A stretch of 64,000 nucleotides of DNA from Eledone cirrhosa (lineage: Eukaryota), in assembly GCA_964016885.1 (NCBI GenBank), contig OZ024743.1, forward strand, positions 64,852,001 through 64,916,000, read 5' to 3'. The translations under genes were made by a program, and so were the position numbers. Shown piece by piece: positions 15,636-27,959 of the stretch. Each line of letters begins with the position of its first letter. The stretch's first letter is position 1. The notes beneath the pieces were generated by a model that ran no database searches, was not told the DNA's origin, and saw only the letters and a list, made by a program, of their open reading frames with translations.

Positions 15636-16479
15636 AATCAACAACTAAACCACCATTCGGTTACTAAACTAACCAACTGGGAGTTTATAATAAATTGAAG
15701 TGTAATCCAACAGGTGCGTGTGTTTTTATTGGTAGTATGATGCTCCCAAAGTAAAATATCATCATCATCATCATCGTTTAACGTCTATCTTCCACGCTAG
15801 CATGGGTTTATATACATATATATACATATATATCATCATCATCATTTAACGTCCATTTTCCATGCTAGTATGGGTAGGACGTGCCGTCCCATTGTGAGAG
15901 ATCCAAGTTGGAGAACCATGTTTTGCTCACACAAAACTGATTTTGGCTTGGTTTCTACAGCTGGCTTCCCTTCCTAATGCCAACCACATTTACAATGTGA
16001 GCTGGGCGCTTTTTGCTATGACTCCTACATCAATATCTGCCTGGCTAAATTGTTACACATTCATTTTCTCATTATCATTGCTGTTTGTTTTCAGTTCAAA
16101 ACACACAGAGTTGTTTGTATACTTTTTACATTTCTTTATGTCAATTTGGTCAAAAGATTAACTACCGTATTTCCCAGTGCTGACAATTCGTCCTCAAGGA
16201 TGCACCCTAATTTTGACAACCAAAAATTTGAAAAAAAATAATAAACAACCTTTGGCCTCCAGGATGCATGGTAGATTTTTGAGACTTATTTTAGGAAAAA
16301 AGTAGCATCTTCGACCCCGGCAAATGTATTTTCCATATGACATTGTTTTGTCCTGTTGAGTTGTACTGGAGGGAATGATACAATTTTTTATGAACAAACA
16401 AAAGGGTTGGGAGGACCTTTATTTGTGTCAAAGACGTGACAACCTCGCCTGTAAACTAGGTGGAGCGTCGACCATACAT

Positions 16480-16990
16480 AAAGCGAGACAAAAAAGCACC
16501 CAGCCCACACTGTAAAGTGATTATGTAGGTGACACGACAAAAAGTGCCCAGTCTACATTGTAAAGTGGTCATGTAGGTGACACGACAAAAAGTGCCCAGT
16601 CTACACTGTAAAGTGGTCATGTAGGTGACACGACAAAAAGTGCTCAGCCTACATTGTAAAGTGGTCATGTAGGTGACACAACAAAAAGTGCCCAGTCTAC
16701 ATTGTAAAGTGGTCATGTAGGTGACAGAACAATAGTGTTCAGCCTACACTGTAAAGTGGTCATGTAGGTGACATGACAAAAAGTGCCCAGTCTACACTCT
16801 AAAGTGGTCATGTAGGTGACACGACAAAAAGTGCCCAGTCTACACTGTAAAGTGGTCTTGTAGGTGACACAACAAAAAGTGCTCAGCCTACACTGTAAAG
16901 TGGTCATGTAGGTGACACGACAAAAAGTGCCCAGCCTACACTGTAAAGTGATCATGTAGGTGTCATGACAAAAAGCACCCAGTTCACACC
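16480..16990 (+). repeat. 48-bp minisatellite (~10 units)
   Basis: GTAGGTGACACGACAAAAAGTGCCCAGTCTACACTGTAAAGTGGTCAT; unit starts at 16573 and 16621. Confidence 0.93.
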
Positions 16991-17197
16991 GTAAGTGTGG
17001 TTGGTATTAGGAAGGGCATCTAGCCATAGAAACCAAACCAGAACCAGTTCTGTATAAGCAAGACATGGACACCTGATCTGACTTGTCTCACAACAGGACA
17101 ACTTGTCTAACCCATGCTAGCATGGAAAATAGGCATTAAACGATGATGAGGATTCTCTCCATCACTATACCTTCCACAACGGGTGGAAACACAGATA

Positions 17198-17241
17198 ATC
17201 CCTGAAGATGTCACAGAAATATGTGACGAAAGAACTCTGAT
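17198..17241 (+). ncRNA. Hammerhead motif, same family
   Basis: CTGAAGA-T-GTCACA gaaata TGTGAC-GAAA-GAAC-TC-TGAT; weak stem I. Confidence 0.5.
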
Positions 17242-17483
17242 AAATCATATTTATATTTATACTTTTAACTGTTGCTCCATCAATGATAAACATTGATTGC
17301 CAGCTAAATTATTTATGGAAATATAATGATATACTGAAGGGAAAACCAAACTAAACTGAGTGTGTTTTACTATTTTTTGCCAATATTAGGACAACATGAC
17401 CCTCCCCAAATATATATTATACATAAATCTTATAAAACCTTTTACATGAAACATTTTAGGTGGGTGTTTTAAAAACAGGGTAT

Positions 17484-18148
17484 TTAACCCTTTTTGATAC
17501 CAAACTGACTGAAAATGCCTTTGGTTCTTTAATATATAACTGATCGTTTTAAAATGTGTATCCTTATATTAAAACCTTTCATCATAATTTTATTTTAGAA
17601 ATTTTGTGAAATTAATGTTCTAAATATCAATTTACTAATGAAAAGCTTAATTATTTTGTTAAATTTCTCCAAATGTTTGATTATTTAAAAAAAAATTAAT
17701 TGAAAAATATAGTCAGTGTATTTCATTAGAAATATGGTAATGAAAGAGTTAAATGAATTTTTAATGAGATAATTTTGGTAAAGCTTGATATTTTAAAAAA
17801 TGCTAAGATATAACTGTTTTATACAATTCTGCTGTTAAAATTAAACTCTTTTGTCTGAAACCATCCATGGATCAATGATGCTAAAACTTCTAATATTAAC
17901 CCTTTCATTACTATATTTCTAATGAAATACACCAACTGTGTTTTTCAATTAACTTTGGAAATAATCAATTAAAATTTGAAGGGATTTAGTAAAATAAGCA
18001 ACATTATTGTTAAGCTGGCTTTAGTGGATATCTTAACAAATATAATCTTCCATAACATTATACTTATTTAAATAGAAATAGTTTAAAACAAGAGATTTGT
18101 CAAGATAGAATTGGGGCAGTTTTGAGCAGGCTGGTATCAAAGGGTTGA
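17484..18148. mobile_element. Two inverted piggyBac-like MITE copies
   Basis: TTAACCCTTT...AAAGRGTTAA termini at 17484-17752 and 17897-18148; similar copies near 8788-9025, 15000-15300 and 35716-35940. Confidence 0.55.
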
Positions 18149-18929
18149 ATTTTTCATATTTAAACTATCATTCACTGTTCCTACTTGAATGTGTGCATAA
18201 TAAGATGGGTCAGAAGCGACTAAACTATGTATTTATCATGTGAGCAATGAGTAGATAGAGGCACATGAGTCTAATGAGCACAGTTTTAATTCATATAAGA
18301 GAGATATTAATGTATATATTAACGGTGAACCGACGAATTAGCGGAATCCCAGGAGAGAGAGAGAGAGATATATGATATATATATACCTCTGAAAGTAATA
18401 CAGCTGTAGAAACTATGTCAGAATTTGGAACATATGTGTGTAATGGGGGTGCTCTGATTCACCTTTGATGGCAGTAACTTCACCTAAGAACTAACCTACT
18501 TCACACACCTCTGTAATGTAGATGGCTTTGGGAAGGTCCTGACTTGGACTGTGAATGACCAATTCAATCCATGCCAGTATAGACAATGGATGGAAAAAGA
18601 TGATGGTAATGTTGACGAGATGTTCTATTCTACTTTCTTTAGAACCATCTTGATGAGGAATAAAAACCTGAAACCTCCCCTCAGTCACTCAGTAGGGATT
18701 ACTGACTAAAAGCAGCAGTTCCTACATCTTCACTGTCACAAATTTGTCAAAAGACTGGTTTTTAAAAATGACCACCTTCACAGTTCATCATCTATTTTCC
18801 ATCCTTGCATATGTTAGACAAACCGTTACATATGGAAGCTAGACAGGTCAGGTGGCTACATCTTGTTCACATGCTCCAGCTTTGGCTTAGGTTTCTATGG
18901 CTGAATGCCCTTCCAACTGTTAACCACTT

Positions 18930-19560
18930 TACAGCATGTACTGGGAGCATTTTATCATGACTTCGGCACTACCACCTTACAGGGTTGACTGGGTGCTTTT
19001 TATTATGCACCAACACTACCACTTTACAGGGTGGACTGGGTGCTTTTTATCATGCACCAACACTTTTTATAATGCACCAACACTACCACTTTACAGGGTT
19101 GATTGGGTGCTTTTTATCATGCACCAACACTACCACCTTACAGGGTTGACTGGGTGCTTTTGTCATAACACAAACACTAGCACCTTACAGGGTAGACTGG
19201 GTGCTTTGCCAACCCCTTTACAGTATGTACTGGGAGCATTTTATCATGATTTTGGCACACTACCACCTTACAGGGTAGACTGGGTGCTTTTTATCATGGC
19301 ACCAATACTACCACCTTACAGAGTGGACTAGCTGCTTTTTGTAAAGGTACCAGCACTACTACCTAACAGTGTCGATGGATGCTTTTTATCATGGCACCAG
19401 TACTACCACCTTACAATCCAGACAGGGTGTTTTTCACCTTGGCACCAGCACTACCACATTACAGGGTAGGCTGGGTGCTTTTTATAGTGGCACCAGCACT
19501 ACCACATTAGAGGGTAGGCTGGGTGCTTTTTATTGTAGCACCAGCACTACCCTTATTACA
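18930..19560 (-). repeat. ~48-bp minisatellite, related unit, opposite strand; similar array at 29380-29700
   Basis: CACTACCACCTTACAGGGTAGACTGGGTGCTTTTTATCATGGCACCAG-like units. Confidence 0.85.
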
Positions 19561-19646
19561 CTGGGATGTTTGGTGTGTCATGCTGGAAGGTACTGATAGG
19601 AGTGTCACAAATAAAAGATACTATGATAATACAAATGGATGCTTAC

Positions 19647-19755
19647 CTCCTGGTTCACAATATTCATTATGTCGCCAATACACATAAGCTGCTATGAAAC
19701 AACATGAAATGTTGAACACAAATAAACTAAACTTGGTTGTATAAGATTTCATTTC
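19647..19755 (-). CDS. PGAP2: PGAP2 coding exon 4
   Basis: tatAG acceptor; EMKSYTTKFSLFVFNISCCFIAAYVYWRHNEYCEPG (conserved RHN.YCEPG); G|GTAAG donor; 109 nt, phase 0->1. Missed by the ORF track. Confidence 0.92.
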
Positions 19756-19859
19756 CTATAATATAATAAAAAATAAAAACAGCAAGTAAAATCTGAATGA
19801 CTGAAATGTTTTATAAAATTACATTTTAATACAAGTGTTTAATAGCAGGCAAACAAACA

Positions 19860-20581
19860 GAAAAGGTAGACTTTATATGTGGCACATGTATAGGGATAGC
19901 TGGTGGTAAAGAAAAATCAACAAAATAAACCTTTTCCCAATCCTAGGAAAGCTCCATAGAAGTGGTTGATAGCTTCTGTTACCTAAGTGATCAAATTAGC
20001 AGTGAATAAGGTTGCTCAGAGAATAATAGCAAGAAAAAGAACATGCTAGAATAAGTTCAGGGAAGTACTACCTCTGTTGACAACATAAAGATTTTTCCTT
20101 ATGAATGAAAGGTTGGTTGTATGATGCCTGCATGCAATGTGTGATGTTGAATGGTAGTGAGGCGTGAGCAGAGAATGTTGAGGATATGTGAAGGTTGAAG
20201 AGAAATGAAATGAGCATGCTCCATTGGATGTGCAATGTTAACATGCATGAAAGACAAAACATGAATGAACTGAACAAAAAAAGGGGAATAAAAGGAATCA
20301 GATGTAGTGTGGAAGAGAGTTGATAGGGACATATAATGCATATGGATGATGCTCACTGGGTGAAGAAATGCAAAAGAAACTCAGTGGAAGGAAGCTGCAG
20401 TAGAGGAAGACCAAGAAAGACCTTGGCAGAGGTGGTGACAGCTCATCTCAAATTACTGAGGCTTACAATGGAGATGACAAAATAACACAATGAATGGAGG
20501 CTGTTGTGTTGGAGAAAACCCATCCAACCCATGCAAGCTTTGAAAAGCAGACATAAAATGTTTATAATGATGATGATGATG
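19860..20581 (+). mobile_element. Degraded RTE LINE 3' fragment filling most of PGAP2 intron 3
   Basis: Decayed FCYL.D, LNGSEA, GRPRK motifs; ACCCATGCAAGC...(GAT)n tail ending 15 nt from exon 3. Confidence 0.75.
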
Positions 20582-20595
20582 AAAAAGGTCCTTAC

Positions 20596-20711
20596 TTTCT
20601 TAGTCATCTCCCTGCCGTCATATGTACGACCCCATTTCACTAGAATTATAGTTAACAGCATGTAAAACAGAGAAGATACAAGAAATATGATGAAAAATTT
20701 TTCATGAGCAT
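20596..20711 (-). CDS. PGAP2: PGAP2 coding exon 3
   Basis: ccatttttcAG acceptor; (Y)AHEKFFIIFLVSSLFYMLLTIILVKWGRTYDGREMTKK; AAA|GTAAG donor; 116 nt, phase 1->0. Confidence 0.9.
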
Positions 20712-20864
20712 CTGAAAAATGGAAAAAAAAAAATAAATAATAGAATTAAATCTTGAAAATTATATAATTTCAAACATCTTAAAATTTGACTGCATTACTA
20801 CATCACTTTACACACACACACACACCACATACATACATACATACATACATTCATACATACATAC

Positions 20865-20925
<61 letters not shown>

Positions 20926-20926
20926 A

Positions 20927-23055
20927 CAAGCCATGTATAAAGAAACAGTCAGCAAGGTTAGAATTAACAACGAATATAGTGAAGAGTTTAGCGTAAAAGT
21001 TGGTGTTCATCAGGGCTCCGTTCTTACTATTTATTATTGCCCTTCAGGCTATAACAGAGGAGTTCAAGACCGGCTGCCCATGGGAACTCCTATACGCAGA
21101 TGATCTAACGCTCATAGCTAAATCAATGGCTGAACTAGAGAAGAAATTCCAAACATGGAAGCATGGCCTAGAATCAAAAGGCCTTAAAGTTAACTTGTCT
21201 AAGACTAAAGTTCTAGTTTCATCATCATCATCATCAACGTTTAACGTCCGTGTTCCACGCTTGCATGGGTTTGGACGGGGGTAGTCCCACTTGAGGCAAG
21301 AGTGATTGTCTTGCTCGCATAGGACTGTCTGGCAGGTTTTCTACAGTTGGATGCCCTTCCTAACACCAACCACATTTACAGTGTGGGTCTGGGAGGTTTT
21401 TACCGTGTTGCCTACACGGCCACATTACAGCGTGGACTGTGTGTTTTTTTGTCGTGACACCTACACAATCTCATTTGTTTTGGCCTGGATGGTGTGGCAC
21501 CAACATAACTTTACATAGAACGGGGTGGTGTGGATGGGGGGGGGGGGGGGGGGGGGTGTATTTTGTTAGAGATGCCTACTGGCTGTAGTAGGTTTTACTA
21601 TGTATTTAGGTAAGGCGGGTCTTCTCTGTTACTGAGTACCGCCAAAGGTCTCGGTCCAGTGACATTGTCTTGGAGAGGTGTAAGTGTGTGAGGTCGGAGT
21701 TTATCAGCTCGTCCCAGGTTTTTCTAGGTCTGCCTATTCCGTGGCTACCGTCTATCTTTATTGCCCTGCACTTTGTTATACAGCTATCGACTTTCATGCG
21801 CATCACGTGTCCATACCAACGTAGCCTTCTCTCGAGTAAACAACATCTGATCCCTCTTGTAGGAAGGAAAACAGGGCACTGGTCCCATCTGGGAAATGGC
21901 CATGCTCAGTGTGTAGGAAAGGAGTAGGCAGAAACTCCATTTTATGTCCCAAATGCAAAGTATGGGTGCATAAAAGATGTAGTGAGATCACAGGTAAACT
22001 AACTAAGAATATAGATTTTATATGTGGCCAGTGCTCTGGTGCAATAAGTAGCAGCAAGTGCCCACAGAATACTAGCTCATTCCATTGCACAGATGGTTCT
22101 ATAGAAATAGTGGACACCTTCCGTTACCTGGGTGACAAAATCAGCAGTGGGGGAGGGTGCTCTGAAAGTACAGTAGCTAGAGTCAGAACAGGATGGAAAA
22201 AGTTCAGAGAGCTTATACCACTATTGGCCACTAAAGGGTTCTCTCTAAAAATGAAAGGCAGGCTGTATGATGCCTGCATACGAACAGCAATGTTACATGG
22301 TAGTGAGACCTGGGCATTGTGTGCAGAGGATATACACAGACTGGAGAGGAACGAAGCTTGCATGTTCCGCTGGATGTGTAATAGTAATATACGTGAATGG
22401 GAAAGCATAAACGAACTAAGGGAGAAATTAGGAATAAGAGGGATTAGATGTTGTTTACTCGAGAGAAGACCACGTTGGTACGGTCACGCGATGCGCATGA
22501 AAGACGACAGCTGTATAAAAAAGTGCAGGGCGATAAAAATAGACGGTAAGCAGACCCAGAAAAACCTGGGACGAATTGATAAATTCCGACCTCTCACACT
22601 TACACCTCTCCAAGACAATGTCACTGGACCGAGATCTTTGGCGCTACACAGTAATACAGAAGACCCGCCTTGCCTAAGTACAAAGCAAAACCTACAGTCA
22701 GTAGGCACCGCTAACAAAAATACACCCCTGTCCCACTACCCCCACCCCATCCACACCATCTCCTTCAATGTGAAGTTATGTTGGTACCACAACATCCAGT
22801 CCGAAACAAATGAGGTTGTGTAGGTGTCACAACAAAAAAACACACAGTCCACGCTGTAATGTGGCCGTGTAGGTAACACAGTAAAAACCTCCCAGTCTGT
22901 AAACGTGGTTGGTGTTAGGAAGGGCATCCAGCCGTAGAAAACCCGCCAGACAGTCCTATACGAGCAGGACAACCAATCTTGCCTCAAGTGGGAAAACTCC
23001 CGTCCAAACCCATGCAAGCATGGAAGATGGACGTTAAACGATGATGATGATGATG

Positions 23056-23058
<3 letters not shown>
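20927..23058 (+). mobile_element. RTE-clade LINE, 5'-truncated, interrupted by an antisense copy
   Basis: GVHQGS, ELLYADD, KVNLSKTKV, Cys-rich PHD-like insert (CRKGVGRNSILCPKCKVWVHKRC), FRYLG, MLHGSETW, RWYGH; 3' UTR ends GGACGTTAAACG(ATG)n. Confidence 0.9.
21219..21857 (-). mobile_element. RTE LINE 3' fragment inserted antisense into the preceding RTE copy
   Basis: (CAT)n tail at 21219; host ORF is split KTKVLV / RKE..PSGKWPC; nearly identical to 31895-32512. Confidence 0.88.
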
Positions 23059-23110
<52 letters not shown>

Positions 23111-25350
23111 CATCCTAATTTAATAATTTAATTTAAAGACATCTGTCTTTCCTGCTAGAAAGCACTATTTCTCAGTCACACTCAGGTAACAGATATTGGA
23201 GGCAGGTTAAACTTAGTGAGAGACTGGACATTTGTAGAGGAGATGCCAATCATTTCAAAAGTCCACTGAAATGCCATGATAGACACACAGTCAAACATAT
23301 TAAGTGGCTGTACCAGTTATGTGGAGATGGGTACAGTCAAATATTTCTAAGGTTCAGTGCAATGCCATGATAGACACACACACATCTAGAGTGGTACCTT
23401 AACAACTGGCTGCACTAGTTGAGGAAACGGGTACTGCCAAGCATTTCTAAGGTCCATTGAAATGACTTGATGGACACAGTCAAACATCAAGAGGGACACC
23501 ACAATGGCTAGCTGCACCAGGTATGCGAAGATGGATACAGCCAAGCATTTCTAAGACTCATTAAAATGCCATATTAGACAACACACAGTCAAACATCCTC
23601 AGTGGTACCTTAACAACAGCTGCATCAGTTATGGAAACTTGATTGATTACTGATTGAGTATGCAACAACAAGCATAATGATGAAGAAGAAGAATAAAAGG
23701 ATGAAGACTAAATGGTAGAAGACAAAACAACTGTATGACAATGGTAACAATGACTATGATAATGAGGATGAAGAATGAATGTAAAAATAACAGCTTTTAT
23801 TTAAATAAAAAAGCCAGTCATAAATCTTTCATTTCCACACAATCATTTGTAAAAATAGAAAATAGTCAGACAATGGTTGTAGTTTGGTTGAAGCATTGTA
23901 GAAAGTGTAGAAAATAATGTTTTATTTAGAGGGCTCTCTTCTCTTCTGATCCTATAATTCTTGATGGGGTCATAGTTGACTTTGGTAGGATTTGAATACA
24001 GAATGTAAAAAGCTAGAACAAATACCACAATAACAGTTTATTTGACGCTCTACCAATTCTGCCAATCCACCATCATAGTCTGCCTTAGTATTACATTAAG
24101 AGTAGAAGTTTCTGTGGAATGCTTATCCATTTAAACTCAAATAACTGAAATAGCCATAATCATTGAAACTGACCAATGATCCACTGGCTGTGTGATGTCT
24201 CCTTTTATTCCCATCAACTCTTTTTCTCCTTCCCACATACTGGATGCCAAAATAAAGGTGAGTGTCAGTACATCATAGCTGAATTTTGTATTTTAGAATA
24301 CAAAATTCTAAAATACCACTAATTATTGGCAAACTCCCTTTTTCTGGCTGTACTTTATTTTATCAACGGCAGAAGGATGAAAGGCAAAGTTGACTTCAGT
24401 AAAATTTGAAATCAAAATGTAAAGAGCCAGAACAGAAACCACAGTGGTATTTTATCTGATGCTCTACCAATTCTGTTAATCTACCACCCTTATATTTTAT
24501 CCTGAAATATTAATGACCATGGGATTTTCACCTAGAAAATTGTCCCTTCCAAGGCACATGTACAGGTAAGGTTGTTTGTGGAAAACCAGTAGTTACCCAT
24601 ACATACCAGTCTCCCCTCTCCACTCCACCAATGTTGTCCAAAGGAAAGACCAATACAGCTTGGCACCAGTGACGTCGCAACTCATTTCTACAGCTGAGTG
24701 AACTGGAACAATGTGAAATAAAATGTCTTGCTCAAGAATACAACACACAGCCTGGTCTGAGAATCAAACTCACAAGCTCACAATTGCAAGCCCAATGCTC
24801 CAAGCACTAAGCCAAGGTAACATTCCAACAACTTTGTTATCATTATTTTTAACATTTAATGACTCATTTTCATTGCTGTAGCTCTAACCCTTTATCATTT
24901 ACATTACTTTATGTCTACTATTGTATTTTCGTGATAAAGGTTTTATCTCACATATCAAATCTATATGGCATTACTATTTATATTTAGGTGAATTGGCAGT
25001 ATTGGTAGATGGTTGGATGCCATGTTTTGCAGCATAGAGTTATGGCCCTTTATGGTCTGAGTTCAAATCCTGCCAAGGTTAACTTTGCCTTTCATCCTTA
25101 CGGGGTCAATAAAATAAACACCAGTAATGCACTGGGATAATTGCTGGCCTTGTGCTAAAAGTAGAAACAATTATTATTTATTTTTAGAACGATATCTTAA
25201 TGTTGGTATGAATGGCCAGTTTGAATAGAAGAAAAAAGGAGCGAATTCTAGCGGGATAGAGCCGGTTTAAATTCTAAAGGGTTAAATACACCATTTTCTA
25301 GCCTGATAATAAATCCTCTCCATAACAATCACCAATGAATGTATACTTAC

Positions 25351-25609
25351 AGTGGTTTTCATTTGATGCCACATAAGTGAGACCTAATAAAGCTAAATTT
25401 TCAATTATGTGTGACACACATGCAATGCTGGCTAACTGTCCATACAATTTGTTCTTCTCAGCCAGTTTTACAGACATGTGGAAGTTATAATATGTAAATG
25501 CAACTAAAAAACGTGGAGCACAATGAAGGCCAATACATGCTCGCCATACATATCGTTGAGGGGTAAAACCACCAATAGCTGCACTGATAGAAGGCAAATA
25601 GTTGGGAAC
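25351..25609 (-). CDS. PGAP2: PGAP2 coding exon 2
   Basis: tttcttttcAG acceptor; [34 protein letters not shown]...[17 protein letters not shown] carries the hallmark [19 protein letters not shown] motifs of PGAP2; T|GTAAGT donor; 259 nt, phase 0->1. Confidence 0.93.
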
Positions 25610-25824
25610 CTGAAAAGAAAAAAAATATAATTGGAAACAATTTAATTATATTAGCTTTACATTATTGTACATGAAGGGCTGCATAAAACAGGGGTACATA
25701 ATAAAATCAACCATGATAATACACCATATGTATTAGTATATACATATATATATATATCTATTTGTAACACACATACACACCATGCATTCTATTATATACA
25801 TACACACACATATTCATACATAAT

Positions 25825-27145
25825 ATAATAATAATAATGATAATAATAATGAAATTATTGTGTAAAGTGCTCAGGTGCACTACAACTCATCAAAGGTGCA
25901 TGTATAGTACATAGAATAATACACAAATGTCAGGGAAGTGAATAGTGTATGAGTCATGATATACATGTGTGTATGTGTATTGAGGGGGAACATTAGGTGT
26001 AGTATTGGCGAATCTCGGGAAGCATGGAGGACTTAAAGGATGCAGTGTCTCGACAGCTAACAACCGATGCAGGTAGTTTGTTCCATGCTTCAACAACTCT
26101 GAGCGTGAAAAAATGTTTCCGAAAGTCATGGGAACTGTACTGTTTTCTGACTTTGTGGGCATGCCCACGTGTGTTAGACACATGGAAATCAAAAAGGTAC
26201 TCAGGGTTGTTGTTGGCAAGATGGTTAACAATTTTGTGGGTGTTTACCAAGTCAGTTGCCAGGCGCCGGAGCTTCAATGTATCCATTCCCAGGGAAGCAA
26301 GGCGCTCAGAGTATGGTAGATGCCTGATGGAGGGTATTCGCTTGGTTGCAAGTCTCTGAACAGTTTCCAGGCGGTCAATGTTCTGAGCAAGATAGGTGTT
26401 CCAGACTGGTGATGCAAATTCTAAGTGTGGCCGCACCATAGCCATGTACAGCCTTAAATAGATAGCTGGAGAGCGGCTGACAAAGGTCTTGCTGAGTGAT
26501 GCTAAGACACCCTCGGCCCCTTGACAATTTTAGAGATGTGCTTCGTCCAACGCAAATCGCTGCTGACCGTAATGCCCAGGTCACATTCACAAGAAGACTT
26601 CTTGATATTAGTGCTGTGGATAGAATATGTGGACGCTGGGTTTTTACTCCCAAAATGCATGGTGGTGCACTTGTCCACAGCTAGCTTGAGTTGCCAGTCT
26701 GAGAACCATTGTTGCATTGTGTTCAGGTCAGACTGCAAGCAAGATCTATAGTGTTCAGGATCTGTCCTTTTTATCTCAAGGTACAGCTTGATGTCATCTG
26801 CGTACTTTAGTACTGTGGCATTCTTTAAGTTGGCATCTAGGTCATTAATATATGCCACAAACAAAAGGGGGCCAAGAACAGATCCCTGAGAATGAAGGAC
26901 TTCAACCAGTTAAAAAGATCATCCTTCACCCATTGCAGAGAGTTTTGCCATAAGCCTTTTGTGTGGCACAGAATTGAAAGCTTTCGCAAAGTCAAGGTAA
27001 ACAACATCCACTCATGAGCCGCCATCAGTGATCCGGGTGATGTCTTCAAGAAACTCGATAAGTTGATCACAGCAGCTGGAGTTGGGGATAAATCCAAATT
27101 GCGAGGGCCGGATAAGACTGTGAGAGTTCCAGAAGTTCCAAAGTA
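25825..27145 (-). mobile_element. CR1/L2-group LINE, 5'-truncated
   Basis: DFAKAF, LKYADD, MVRPHLEFASPVW, TRGHAHK, RKHFFTLRVVEAWNKLP; (ATT)n tail. Confidence 0.88.
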
Positions 27146-27806
27146 TGAACATAAATAATATATATAATTTAAGCACCTGAAGATTAGGTTACAATTTTGA
27201 TTCCGTTTAGCGTCTATTAAACTGATGATAATGGTGATATATTATTTATTTATGTTCATACACAGAACAAAAGCACTACCTACGGTTTTAAAGCCTAATA
27301 TTGACCATATCTCCAGATTGTAAGAGGGATCAATATAAATATATATGTAATATGTTATTAAATATGTTATGATGCAACACTGAATCCTTATTCGTTTATT
27401 CTTATAATATATAAAGTGGTCGTGGAGGTGCCACGGCCAAAAAAGCACCCAGCCCACACTGTAAAGTGGACGTGTAGGCGCCACGGAAAAAAAGCACCCA
27501 GCACTCACTGTAAATGAGGTTGGTGTTAGGAAGGGCATCCTGCTGTAAAAATCAAGCCAGAATCAGTTCCCATATGAGCAAGACAAGGTCGGCCGACTGG
27601 ACACTGTCCTGTTGTGGGCAGTGTCCAGTCAGCTGACCTTGTCTTGCTCATGCTAGCATGGAAGAGCAGACGTAAAACGGTTATGTTAATGATAATGATA
27701 TATATATATATATATGCAATGAGTGGAGAGACGCTGTGCTGAGAAGGACCTCTCCAACCCATGCAAGCATGGAAAAACATACGTGATGATGATGATAATA
27801 TCATTT

Positions 27807-27895
27807 AAGCACCTGAAGATTAGGCCACAATTTTGATCCCTCTTACAATCTGGAGATATGGTCAATATTGGGCTTTGAAATCATAGGTAGTGTTT
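27807..27895 (+). ncRNA. Type-I hammerhead motif with long stem II
   Basis: AAGCAC-CTGAAGA-[57 nt foldable]-GAAA-TC ata GG-TA-GTGTTT; the inverted partial copy at 27241-27333 reads AAACCGTAGGTAGTGCTT, restoring perfect stem I and stem III pairing. Confidence 0.55.
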
Positions 27896-27927
27896 TTGTT
27901 CCGAGTATGAACTTAAATAAATAATCT

Positions 27928-27959
<32 letters not shown>

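Noticed and set aside
16480-16990. Regular repeats that could be mistaken for a CRISPR array or repeat protein
   Set aside because: Contiguous 48-bp units with no unique spacers, in a eukaryotic intron, derived from a SINE/LINE tail.
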